A DNA stretch of 64,000 bases from the IMG/VR virus record IMGVR_UViG_2831987924_000001. One strand, given 5' to 3'. Below are positions 32,454 to 41,796 of this stretch, piece after piece. Each line of letters starts with the position of its first letter. Within the stretch, counting starts at the first letter, position 1. Source of the DNA: a virus (lineage: Duplodnaviria > Caudoviricetes). The position numbers and the translations under genes are program-made. The notes under the pieces are model-generated. The model was not told the origin of the DNA and did not search any database. It saw only the letters and a list, made by a program, of their open reading frames with translations.

Positions 32454-33447
32454 TATCGTCTATAGGACTTTCCTTTTTATCAAGAATTTTTTTACTCTTA
32501 TCATAAATACAATACACTTTTTGAGATGGTAAAAACTTATCAAATTCTTTACGATAAAAATTCTTATCTACTTTACCTGTTTTCGGATCAATTTCAACAC
32601 CCTCATCGTAAGCAATAACAATATCTACACCTAAATGAGTTAATTTTTGTACTTGAGTATCACTTAAACAATGGCTACCAATTGCGACAGTGTTTCTAAT
32701 ACCGTGACTCCATGCTTTCATAACGCTTTTTTCAGCTTCAAAAACAATTACTTCTTTTTTCTCTAATATGTAAGGTTTTGTTTTATGTAATCCATATAAC
32801 ACTTTTGATTTAGCACATGGTTGAATGTAAAAGTATTTTGATTCCCATTCCTCAACAACTTCTTTAAATAATCTCCCCTTCACGCCGACAAGGAATCCTA
32901 ATTCGTCACGGATCGGTATGGTGATCATGTGATAATATAAATCATACCCTAATTCAAACTCCCATTGTGTTTCATAACTAATCCCTTCTTTATAAAATAA
33001 TGGATTGCCATATCGCCCAAAATAATGCAAAATATCTTCATTTATAGGCAACAACTTTTCATCATCGTCACACTTTCCTTCTTTAACAACTTTCCACATA
33101 TTACGAACCCAAGCTGCCAAGCGAGACTGTGGTACTTCTTGACCATAATAATCATAACCGCATACATCACAAATCCATTTGATCGATTCCGTAAAATATG
33201 TATTATTAACAAACGATACGAGTGATATGATGTCACTGTGACCATACGCATCTTTAATATTTCTCGTATATGCTTCTACATGCAAATTATCTTTATAAAT
33301 AACTGTACTTTTAGGATTATTTCCATCCGGCATTCCACAAGTAATATAGTTTCCTTTATCTTTTATGGAGTGCATACCCAATGCTTCAAGTATATCGATA
33401 ATTTTTTCATCTATAATAATGCGTTCTTTTAATTCTTGGGCTTCCAT
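32401..33447 (-). CDS. DNA primase (TOPRIM)
   Basis: ITIPIRD, GR, LYGL, FEAEKSV, AYD; adjacent to the helicase. Confidence 0.85.
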   Translation of the reverse strand: MEAQELKERIIIDEKIIDILEALGMHSIKDKGNYITCGMPDGNNPKSTVIYKDNLHVEAYTRNIKDAYGHSDIISLVSFVNNTYFTESIKWICDVCGYDYYGQEVPQSRLAAWVRNMWKVVKEGKCDDDEKLLPINEDILHYFGRYGNPLFYKEGISYETQWEFELGYDLYYHMITIPIRDELGFLVGVKGRLFKEVVEEWESKYFYIQPCAKSKVLYGLHKTKPYILEKKEVIVFEAEKSVMKAWSHGIRNTVAIGSHCLSDTQVQKLTHLGVDIVIAYDEGVEIDPKTGKVDKNFYRKEFDKFLPSQKVYCIYDKSKKILDKKESPIDDIDKWYRLYNEYKFKVRG

Positions 33448-33458
33448 TTACACCACCC

Positions 33459-34895
33459 TTAATCAGCTCGTTCTAAATATCCTAATTCTACCCAAGTATT
33501 TAAATCTAAATTTACTTCATACACTAAAATTAAATCTTTCTCACCGCCCCTATTCTTTTCAACCTTTTTTGCATAATATGTTTTATTTCTTTCTAATGAA
33601 ATGTAGCCCCATTCGTCTTTACCTTTAGCTACTTTAATTTGATATTTGTCATATTTATTTTTCGGCAATCTTTTTCCTAACAACATATGATCGCAAATAT
33701 GTTTAATTTGTTTACTGTTTGCAATCATTTTTGAGTTATAATCAAAAATATCTACATCTTTTGCATCATCCGACAACTGGAAGCTTGCATATATCCCAAT
33801 ATTCAATTCATTTGCAATATCTTTTAATAACGTTGCTGTTTGTTTTAATGTATCCCATGCATCTGTCTGATACCCTTTTAACGTGTCATAAAATACATAT
33901 TTGACACCCAACAAGCTATATTTTTTAATTTCACGTTTTAAATCATCATCAGAATATTGATTCATTTCCAAGAAATAAATTTTCGAATGTTCTTCTATAT
34001 ATTTACCCACTTCTAATGCTTTCTGATACTGTTCTTCATTTTCATATGTTCCGAGTAAAACTGTGCGCTCACTTATATTGTATTCAAATCCATATTCTCT
34101 ACTGTTCATAACAGTTGATAAAATCATTGCAAAAAACTCTTCTTCATCCATTTCATTCGCTAGAATTAACACTGGAATTTGTTTCAATATACCTAAATAC
34201 GCTGCTATTTTCGCAACTTTCCTTGATTTACCTTCATTACTTAGCATTCCATCTAAAATTAATTTCTTTGGTCGCCAACCACGAAATAAATTCGTCCAAA
34301 TTTCAAATGGAAATTCTTCTCCCATATCAGGTTCTATACTCCACTCTTCAATCTTTTTAGTTGCATCGCTTCCAAGAATAATTGCTGATTTGCCACCACC
34401 AATAACTGTACTTATATGACTAATGTTATAACTCATCCAATTAATCACATCATCTGGACTCATTTTATGAAAATGTTTAGTAGACAAAAGCTTTTCAACA
34501 GGAAATCCTTTTCTAGCAAATTCACGAACTAATGAATATTTCTTAATCGTTTTAAAGTAATTCTCTGCATCGTTTACATCTGCTAAATCCATTTGTTTTT
34601 CGATTGTTTTCCATCCACCAATTTTACGATACATTTTCCAACGGTCAGGATCTTGTTGCATAAAAATATTCACTTTCGATTCTGTTACTTCTTGTGAAAA
34701 AGTTTTATAAAATACTTCGAAAGCATTGTATAAAAAGCGAACATCTTCATCATAGAAATCATATTTAGCTTTAACTAAACTTTCATAATTTATATAAAGA
34801 ATAGGTTTGGCATACAATGCTCCAATAAACAATGCTTCTGTTGTAATATCATTAGGCTCTTCTACTCGTGTTTTAACCACTAATACACACCTCAC
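33459..34895 (-). CDS. Replicative DnaB-like helicase
   Basis: SNEGKS Walker A variant, ANEM, FYDTLK, FQLS, KNRGG. Confidence 0.85.
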   Translation of the reverse strand: MRCVLVVKTRVEEPNDITTEALFIGALYAKPILYINYESLVKAKYDFYDEDVRFLYNAFEVFYKTFSQEVTESKVNIFMQQDPDRWKMYRKIGGWKTIEKQMDLADVNDAENYFKTIKKYSLVREFARKGFPVEKLLSTKHFHKMSPDDVINWMSYNISHISTVIGGGKSAIILGSDATKKIEEWSIEPDMGEEFPFEIWTNLFRGWRPKKLILDGMLSNEGKSRKVAKIAAYLGILKQIPVLILANEMDEEEFFAMILSTVMNSREYGFEYNISERTVLLGTYENEEQYQKALEVGKYIEEHSKIYFLEMNQYSDDDLKREIKKYSLLGVKYVFYDTLKGYQTDAWDTLKQTATLLKDIANELNIGIYASFQLSDDAKDVDIFDYNSKMIANSKQIKHICDHMLLGKRLPKNKYDKYQIKVAKGKDEWGYISLERNKTYYAKKVEKNRGGEKDLILVYEVNLDLNTWVELGYLERAD

Positions 34896-35620
34896 AATAA
34901 CAGTTCATCAATTACATCGGTTAATGAGAAAGAATCATCTTCTTTCTTATTTTTCACAATATGATTAATCTTTTCTTGTTCCTTCATTACTTTTTGTACT
35001 TCATTTGCTTTTTCACTTTCTTCTTTTAATCTATTTATATATTTTTTATAATCACCATAATTTCCAACAACAACAGCTAAATCATAATTCATTCGTTGCG
35101 TAGTATTTTTGAACGTTTTCTTTGCTGCAATTTTATTTAAATAATTTGCCATTCGCTGATAAATATCTAACAATATCGCATAATCAATTGGTTCGTTTAA
35201 TCCTTCGTATGTTCCTTCACGAACAGCCTTTAATTTCTTTAAAAAATAAGACGGGAGTGTTCCATCATAATAATCCATAATCCATCTTAAAAATTTATCT
35301 TTTTCTTCTTGTTCTCGGATTTCTTTTTTTGTAATCAATAATCTTTCCGCTACTTTGCGATCAGCTTCTTCTATACTCATTTTCTTTTTCTCTAATAAAT
35401 AATACCCATAGCACTCTGCATGAAAATATTTCCCTTTTTCGTCTTTCACAAACTCATGTTTTTCTGTATCAATAGACTTTACTGGCTTTACTCCCTGCTC
35501 TCTCATTTTTTTAGTAATTACAGGATCACAATAATGACATTTTAATAACACAAGTACCACCTCTTGTTTTAGGAAATAAGGGAGAAAATATTTCTCCCTT
35601 ATTTTTATATTTTTATTCAA
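34892..35620 (-). CDS. Hypothetical replication-module protein (zinc-binding N-terminus; possible helicase loader)
   Basis: CHYC...HAEC; lies between the ATPase and the helicase. Confidence 0.5.
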   Translation of the reverse strand: MNKNIKIREKYFLPYFLKQEVVLVLLKCHYCDPVITKKMREQGVKPVKSIDTEKHEFVKDEKGKYFHAECYGYYLLEKKKMSIEEADRKVAERLLITKKEIREQEEKDKFLRWIMDYYDGTLPSYFLKKLKAVREGTYEGLNEPIDYAILLDIYQRMANYLNKIAAKKTFKNTTQRMNYDLAVVVGNYGDYKKYINRLKEESEKANEVQKVMKEQEKINHIVKNKKEDDSFSLTDVIDELLL

Positions 35621-36761
35621 TTACTAACTCGTAAAATTCTTTCAACTGTTCAATATCGTCAATTTTATTATAATCTAAAGGTAGTCCTGCTTTTGTTAGT
35701 TTTGGGCGCAATGCTTTTTTCTTAACTGCTGATAGCTTATCAATTCCTTCTTTAATAGCATTTCTATAGTCTTCTACTGTTTCTAATTTAACTTCTTGTT
35801 TTTCTACAGACACATCTTCTTTCGTTACTTCGTGAATACCTTTTGCTAATACATCCTCGTCTTTTTTAACACTTTCTTCAATTGAATCTTTAACAACGTT
35901 AGATTTTTTACCTTTGTTGCCATCAATTACACATTGCCAATACAAAGGAGTTGGAGCATCGATAATTTCATTTTGTTGAAATACTTTAGTACGGTCTTTA
36001 CGCATAACTTGTGCTTTAATTGATCCGTCTTCATCTTCAAAGTGTCTTAATACTGTATAGAACTCATATTCTGCACCTTCAAAGCAATCAGGCACTTTAC
36101 CAACTTCAACTAAAGTCATTTTTCCGTCTACATTTTGCATAACTTTCTTCGTTTTTTCACGAGATGTTACTACAACATATTTGTCAGTACCAGTAATTAG
36201 CAAACGCAGTAAGTTCTTACCTTTCATTTTGATTTTGTCATGATCACGAAACTCCAATCCGGCAGTTGCTTCAGCAACAAACTGTTCCAAAGCCGTTTTT
36301 TCTTGAGCTTTTGCTTTTAATTTTGCACGTTTTTCTGATACATTGATTGCTGCAAATTTTACATTGTCAAAAATAACAGTGATACCGTCTACAACAATTA
36401 CATCTGCTCTAAATGGGTTACCATCGGCATCTAAAATCAATTCCATTTCTCCATCTTCATTTTCAATATATAAATCTTCATCATTTATTGCTTTTTTAAC
36501 CCATTCTTCAACTTCTGTATAATTTGTTGTGTAAACTAATAACAAGTTATCTAAATTAATACCTTGTGCTTCTAAATCTTCAAGGTAGTTATCTACACTT
36601 CCTGCTTCACAATCGATATATAAAACTCGCAAAGGCTTTCCTTCTTCACTTTTCATTTTCATAAAATCTAATGCAAATGAAGATTTCCACGTACCTTGCT
36701 CACCATAAACAAAGAACTTTAAACCTTTTTTTACAGTGCTTCCTCGTTTTGCTTTTGCCAT
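35613..36761 (-). CDS. Sak4-like AAA ATPase / single-strand annealing protein
   Basis: YGEQGTWKS Walker A, YIDCEAGS, IVVDG, KDRT. Confidence 0.75.
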   Translation of the reverse strand: MAKAKRGSTVKKGLKFFVYGEQGTWKSSFALDFMKMKSEEGKPLRVLYIDCEAGSVDNYLEDLEAQGINLDNLLLVYTTNYTEVEEWVKKAINDEDLYIENEDGEMELILDADGNPFRADVIVVDGITVIFDNVKFAAINVSEKRAKLKAKAQEKTALEQFVAEATAGLEFRDHDKIKMKGKNLLRLLITGTDKYVVVTSREKTKKVMQNVDGKMTLVEVGKVPDCFEGAEYEFYTVLRHFEDEDGSIKAQVMRKDRTKVFQQNEIIDAPTPLYWQCVIDGNKGKKSNVVKDSIEESVKKDEDVLAKGIHEVTKEDVSVEKQEVKLETVEDYRNAIKEGIDKLSAVKKKALRPKLTKAGLPLDYNKIDDIEQLKEFYELVIE

Positions 36762-36818
36762 TATGTATTATACACTCCTTTTTTTATAATATTTTATGTA
36801 TTATAATTTATTTACTTT

Positions 36819-37820
36819 TCACCACGGCAAGTCCAAATCGTCTATATCTTCACTATCTCCCCAACTTGAATCAACTTGACCTTCTGAATTCAATTTCTTA
36901 ATCGCTTCTTCAATCGCTTCTTCTGTGTAAGTTTCTGTATCAATTGAATCTGGACTCGCACCTGTAATTACCAGTTCACGAACATAGCTTTTATTAATAC
37001 GCTTAAATGTATCTTCTTCACCCCATACATTTGAAGCTTCTTCTACTTCATCTGTATCAATTTTATTTACAATTTTACCCCATACATCAATAGCTGTATA
37101 TGGCTTTAATTTTCCTCTAAAATTATTAGCAAGTGCTTTATTGTAGATAATAAATTCTGCATCTTCAATAGAATTATAGTTAACAATTTTTGCTTCCACA
37201 ATAAAGCGTGGCTCTTCACTTTCATTGTCTTTTTCAATATTCATAAAAACAATTTTTTGTTTAAAATCGCTTGTTTCTTTGAAATCAGGAGATTCAAAGT
37301 CAACATTGCTAGAGTTATAAATTTGTCTTACATTAAATCGTTTATTACGTGAAACTTCTCCATTATCACGTTTAAATGATGAAAATTCAATTTCACCTTG
37401 TACAAATACAGGCATACCATCTTCTAATTGTTCATAAATTTTTTCGGCTGCATCAAACTCTGTATATGTATGTTTTACATTCTTACCGTTCTCATCTTTT
37501 TCTAATCCAACAGCAACACCGATCAATTCATATCCTTCACCTTGATCATCAAATCTTTTTGCCCACGCAACCTTCTTTGTTTCAGTTTTACCATTTCCTA
37601 CCCGTTTGCTAAAATAAACATCGTCACGTTCCATACCTTGTACTGTTACAAATACTGTTGATTCTGGAGCTGTTTCTACACCAAAATTAAGCACGTACAT
37701 TTTTTTGCCACTTCTTGTTTCAATTTCTTTAAATGTATTATCTCGTTGCATACCAGTTACATATCCCCGTAATTTGAAAATCCCTTTTGTTTGCGGTAAA
37801 CCATGTTTTGTATTTGCCAT
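36819..37820 (-). CDS. Putative ssDNA-binding protein
   Basis: Beta-rich body with acidic C-terminal tail DDLDLPW; first gene of the replication operon. Confidence 0.65.
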   Translation of the reverse strand: MANTKHGLPQTKGIFKLRGYVTGMQRDNTFKEIETRSGKKMYVLNFGVETAPESTVFVTVQGMERDDVYFSKRVGNGKTETKKVAWAKRFDDQGEGYELIGVAVGLEKDENGKNVKHTYTEFDAAEKIYEQLEDGMPVFVQGEIEFSSFKRDNGEVSRNKRFNVRQIYNSSNVDFESPDFKETSDFKQKIVFMNIEKDNESEEPRFIVEAKIVNYNSIEDAEFIIYNKALANNFRGKLKPYTAIDVWGKIVNKIDTDEVEEASNVWGEEDTFKRINKSYVRELVITGASPDSIDTETYTEEAIEEAIKKLNSEGQVDSSWGDSEDIDDLDLPW

Positions 37821-38053
37821 ATTAATATTCCTCCTTTTGTTCCTTTTTAATTTAATATTTTTATATTTTTATTGATAATCTTTTATATTTGGAGGATCAC
37901 GCCCAATTCGTTCTATGGTACTCACCGCCTTTCAATAAAACAATTATTTTATCGTATGTTTAACACAAGATGTTGTATGTCAATTTGTTTATCACTACTA
38001 TATATTGTATTATTTTTATATTTTGTTTGATTCGTGTTGTTTAACCCTGCAAT

Positions 38054-38116
38054 CTTATCTTATAACATTTCATTTTCCTTTGTCAATATTATTTTTATAT
38101 TTTATTTAATTATTTT
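38054..38116 (-). promoter_or_regulatory. Strong sigmaA-type phage promoter for the replication operon
   Basis: Minus strand AAAATATAAAAATAATA-TTGACA...TATAAGATAAGA; near-identical to 40371-40433. Confidence 0.7.
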
Positions 38117-38121
38117 ATATA

Positions 38122-39513
38122 TCAGCTTATATATTTTTGATTACGTTGCTCTCTTTCTTGCTTTTCTAACTGTTCTTTAATAATCTTTTCAATATTCGGC
38201 GTTGCAATATTTCTCGCAGCATTAATATCAGCATTCTCTTTATAACCACAAACTTGACAAATGAATTGACCTTGTTCTGGTCTCCAATCTTTTTTCTCAT
38301 AACTCTTATGTATATGACCGCATTTTGAACATCTAGCTGACGTATAAGCAGGATCAATATACACTACATCAATTCCATGTTCTCTTGCCTTATATTCTAT
38401 TTTTTGTTGTAAATCATAAAAACTCCAATTCTTTAAAAACGAATATTCTTCAGGAATAATGCCTTCTAATTTTTCCATTTGAATTGTTCCACATTTGTTT
38501 TTTAAAGCTATGTTAATAATTTCCCTGCTCCAAACATGATTCTTTAAGTTTTTAAAATTATTAATTTTCTCCCCGATATTTAAAACAGGTTTTATACGTG
38601 TCTTAATACCATGCCCTACTCGACCATCTCCAGCCCAAACAGACCATTTTTGCAACTGTTTCTTTCTTACTTCAATTTTTGTTCTAAAATCTTCAATCTC
38701 TTTTCGATCTCCAATAAACCATTTTTTATATGGCATATCATTTATAGCAACAGCAGCAGGAATGTTATATCCAATATCTATTCCCATGATTCGATTTTTA
38801 TCTAATTTTTCATCTTTCTTTTGTTCAAAAGAATAAACTAAATCAAAAAATATCTTGTTACCTTTCATAAAGATACGTGAACCACCTATTTTATATTCTT
38901 TATTTAAAACTCGTTCTAAAATAACTTTATTATATTTATCATTTGCTTTAATATAAAAACGAATATTCATATCATTAATGTTTCGTTTATGTACTTTTTC
39001 TTCTTTTTTATTCTTTGTTTTTACAGTAATACCGTTATATAGTTCTTCAGCATATTCTTTTCGCAATAAACGAACAGTGACAATATAATTATTATCGTTA
39101 CTTTTATTGATCTTTACTTGTGACCCTCTAAATAAAATTGGGTGTCCTTTTTTAAAACTTAAAAAACTTGCTTTACCTAACATAAAATCTTCTTTATTTT
39201 TCTTCATTTTTACTTTTACTTCTCTAGTTATTGTTTCAACAGAGTCACCATTCATTTTCTGAAATTCCTTCTTTAAGTTTCTGTTTATATAAGCGTCATC
39301 TGCAACACCTTCTACGTCTTTTACATTAAACTTTATCCCAAATTTACTATAATAAATCTTTTTAAAGTTGTCTGCTTCCCATAAATATTGAGCACAGCGA
39401 TTTAAACAATTCCATGTTTCGTAACTAATTTGATTTAAAATATATCGAAAAACTTCCCAATCATCATCTAAAGGTCTAACAATTTGATACCTCATTGTTT
39501 TAGTACATGTCAT
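38122..39513 (-). CDS. cas12f1: Type V-F CRISPR effector Cas12f1 (463 aa)
   Basis: Collinear similarity to AsCas12f1 as recalled (YQIVRPLD.DW, MGIDIG, GHG...RIKP, IQME.L, FL.NW..YDLQQKI.YKA, IDP.YTS.RCS.CG, NAD.NAARNIA.PNI). RuvC D/E/D and zinc finger intact; array and tracrRNA adjacent. Confidence 0.93.
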   Translation of the reverse strand: MTCTKTMRYQIVRPLDDDWEVFRYILNQISYETWNCLNRCAQYLWEADNFKKIYYSKFGIKFNVKDVEGVADDAYINRNLKKEFQKMNGDSVETITREVKVKMKKNKEDFMLGKASFLSFKKGHPILFRGSQVKINKSNDNNYIVTVRLLRKEYAEELYNGITVKTKNKKEEKVHKRNINDMNIRFYIKANDKYNKVILERVLNKEYKIGGSRIFMKGNKIFFDLVYSFEQKKDEKLDKNRIMGIDIGYNIPAAVAINDMPYKKWFIGDRKEIEDFRTKIEVRKKQLQKWSVWAGDGRVGHGIKTRIKPVLNIGEKINNFKNLKNHVWSREIINIALKNKCGTIQMEKLEGIIPEEYSFLKNWSFYDLQQKIEYKAREHGIDVVYIDPAYTSARCSKCGHIHKSYEKKDWRPEQGQFICQVCGYKENADINAARNIATPNIEKIIKEQLEKQEREQRNQKYIS

Positions 39514-39704
39514 TTTTTCACCTTCTTTTTTGCTTTTATTTTCTTTAATATTTTTTCAGCTTTTTCATACGTTTCGTATATCTTCATTAAAGAAACTAAC
39601 TTCTTCTTTTTAATATTTTCGCATTTTACCCATACAGATGTTCCGCGTTTTGATGGATATAATATTTCAATTCTATATATAGAATCATTTCTAATTATAT
39701 ACAT
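39510..39704 (-). CDS. Small basic protein overlapping the cas12f1 start
   Basis: GAAGGTGA RBS, 64 aa, 4-nt ATGA overlap with cas12f1. Confidence 0.6.
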   Translation of the reverse strand: MYIIRNDSIYRIEILYPSKRGTSVWVKCENIKKKKLVSLMKIYETYEKAEKILKKIKAKKKVKK

Positions 39705-39753
39705 TTTATATCACCTTCACATTATATATTTCCATTCAATATAAATTCATCTA

Positions 39754-39981
39754 CTTCACACCATACTTGATTAATTTAAAACTATTGATACAAGCACAGC
39801 GGCAGGCAAAGCGCTGTTCTTCACACCATACTTGATTAATTTAAAACGGAGAAATTAAGGTTTTTTCATAGAATATATAATTATGCTTCACACCATACTT
39901 GATTAATTTAAAACTCGATTAGTATTGATTTCGTATCAAAATCAACATGTTCCTTCACACCATACTTGATTAATTTAAAAC
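39754..39981 (-). CRISPR. CRISPR mini-array: 4 identical 29-bp repeats GTTTTAAATTAATCAAGTATGGTGTGAAG and 3 spacers (36, 38, 38 bp)
   Basis: Repeats at 39754-39782, 39819-39847, 39886-39914 and 39953-39981. The 3' GTGTGAAG end resembles Cas12f1 repeats. Confidence 0.97.
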
Positions 39982-40125
39982 CCTATAATTATCAAAACTT
40001 TTCTAATTAAACACATTAATCATTTTTACAAAAACACTACATTTTTTATTCATTTTGCAGTGAACCTATTTCGCTAATCCATTGATAAATCAATATTTTT
40101 AAAATTAACTACCACTTCACTGCAA
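39982..40125 (-). promoter_or_regulatory. CRISPR leader
   Basis: AT-rich; inverted repeat TTGCAGTGAA (40055-40064) / TTCACTGCAA (40116-40125) around the palindrome ATTGA-TAAA-TCAAT. Confidence 0.75.
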
Positions 40126-40292
40126 TTTATTTTTGTATGGTGTCTAGCCGGAGTTTGTGGCTAGAGTTTCAGCCAGCTTATTGCTGGACTACCTTATCGA
40201 GTGTTGTTCCCTTTAATTATGGTATTCGAACGATTAATATGTATTTACTCTCGTTAGGGAACACTTCTCGATCTAAGGACGCTGAATAGCCC
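40126..40292 (-). ncRNA. Cas12f1 tracrRNA
   Basis: Minus strand has, in order, TTCAGCG, CGAGAAGTG, ACACTCGATAAGGTAG, GGCTGAAACTC and CACAAA as in the recalled AsCas12f1 tracrRNA. It ends in anti-repeat ACACCATAC (40135-40143). Ends approximate. Confidence 0.88.
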
Positions 40293-40370
40293 TATGGTGT
40301 GAATTTATATTTTAAATATTATTATATTTTATTTAATAATGGTTCACATAAACATCACCTCTTTTCTATT

Positions 40371-40512
40371 CTTATCTTATCGCTGTTGTTTTTAGTTGTC
40401 AATATTATTTTTATAATTTATTTAATTATTTTTATTAAATTATTTAGCAGCAATTTCTAATCTTATCTTACTATTGTTCAAATCTAATGTCAACACATTT
40501 TTTATAATTTTA
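40371..40512 (-). promoter_or_regulatory. Two tandem sigmaA-type promoters upstream of tracrRNA/CRISPR/cas12f1
   Basis: TTGACA-N17-TAAGAT twice (about 40375-40402 and 40465-40493), each with an A-rich UP element. Confidence 0.75.
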
Positions 40513-41796
40513 TTAATAATAACTTGGTTCATCTTTATCGTGTCTAATGCAAATAAACACTGGGAAAGATACACTTAATCCTCCGTCTTGATTGCGTGAT
40601 TCACGGAAATATTGAATTTCTGCAATCTTACCTAAATATTTTTCTTTATTGTTCCATATTTCTTTGCGATCTTCATCTGTAAATCCCGAACCGCAGCGAA
40701 GCTCATAGCCTTTATAATCTAAAAGTAATGCACCTAACATACCTTCATATTTTCCTGTTCCCTCTTCAAATCCGATAATTTTACAATCCATAGTATTCAT
40801 GGACTTGATTTTTAATAACACATCAGTGCGTTTGCATTGATATTTACCATCGCTAACATTCAACATCAAGCCTTCCTTACCTTTTCGATTCATTTCTTCG
40901 AGTAATTTAGGAATTACATCTAAATCTTTACCAACATATAAATTCGGCACAACCTTAATATACGGTGATTTTAATTTATCAACAATAAACTCTAATTCTT
41001 CTTTACGCTTTCGATATGTTGCTTTTGATTTCCCCGCTTTAAATTCTTCAATTGGAATCATATCAAATAAATGCAATACCAAACCTCGTTTTTCTCTATC
41101 TTTACGAGCGATCTTTAATGTTTCTTGCAGTACTTCTCGATCTTTATAATCATCAGCATTAGCGATCAATAATTCTCCATCATACACATTATCAGGTAAG
41201 AATACCGCATCTCTCATAATTTCAACTAATCCTGTAATCGGTTGTCCTTGACGTGAAAAGAATGTCACATTCCCATTTTCAACAATCATAATGGTACGCA
41301 TTCCATCAAGCTTTTCAGTAATGACAAATTCTTTGCCTTTTACTTTATGTTCTTCATCTTCAAATTTCTTTGCCAACATTACATTAAACTCTGGAATAAA
41401 CTTCTCACCAAAAGCCTTATTGATTGACTTTGCCGTTGCCCCAATTTTTAGCGTCTTTGTGATAATCTCTTCATATAATCCCTTTAATTCTTCATCATCT
41501 TGTGCATTTAAAAATTCAGCAACCATTTTCACATCATGATCTGTTCCTGTATTATGTACTTTTAAATACTTGATTACTTCAAATAAATCATTAAATTTAT
41601 TTTCTTTACCAGTTGCTTTGTTAATAAATTTCTTTAATTTCTTTTCACCAATACCAAAAACAATATATGGATTTAGTGCTGCGTCTAATACCTTTCTTAA
41701 TGTTTGATTATTTTTATGTTGCTTTAAAATCACTTCCTTTTCATTCCGACTATTTGTTGCTTTGATTTGATTAATAATCTCTAATACCTCTTTCAT
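40513..41796 (-). CDS. lig: ATP-dependent DNA ligase
   Basis: EKLDGMR adenylation motif, YDGEL, EGLML, KIK, GSGFTD, SFPVF. Confidence 0.95.
   Translation of the reverse strand: MKEVLEIINQIKATNSRNEKEVILKQHKNNQTLRKVLDAALNPYIVFGIGEKKLKKFINKATGKENKFNDLFEVIKYLKVHNTGTDHDVKMVAEFLNAQDDEELKGLYEEIITKTLKIGATAKSINKAFGEKFIPEFNVMLAKKFEDEEHKVKGKEFVITEKLDGMRTIMIVENGNVTFFSRQGQPITGLVEIMRDAVFLPDNVYDGELLIANADDYKDREVLQETLKIARKDREKRGLVLHLFDMIPIEEFKAGKSKATYRKRKEELEFIVDKLKSPYIKVVPNLYVGKDLDVIPKLLEEMNRKGKEGLMLNVSDGKYQCKRTDVLLKIKSMNTMDCKIIGFEEGTGKYEGMLGALLLDYKGYELRCGSGFTDEDRKEIWNNKEKYLGKIAEIQYFRESRNQDGGLSVSFPVFICIRHDKDEPSYY

Noticed and set aside
38122..39513. Calling this ORF an IS605 transposase/TnpB
   Set aside because: The adjacent array, tracrRNA and collinear similarity to Cas12f1 support a CRISPR effector.
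39715..39753. A fifth degenerate repeat or a self-targeting fourth spacer
   Set aside because: Only CTTCAC matches the repeat, and it doubles as the RBS of the small ORF. The 12-nt match to 40300-40311 lacks seed pairing, so DNA self-targeting is unsupported.
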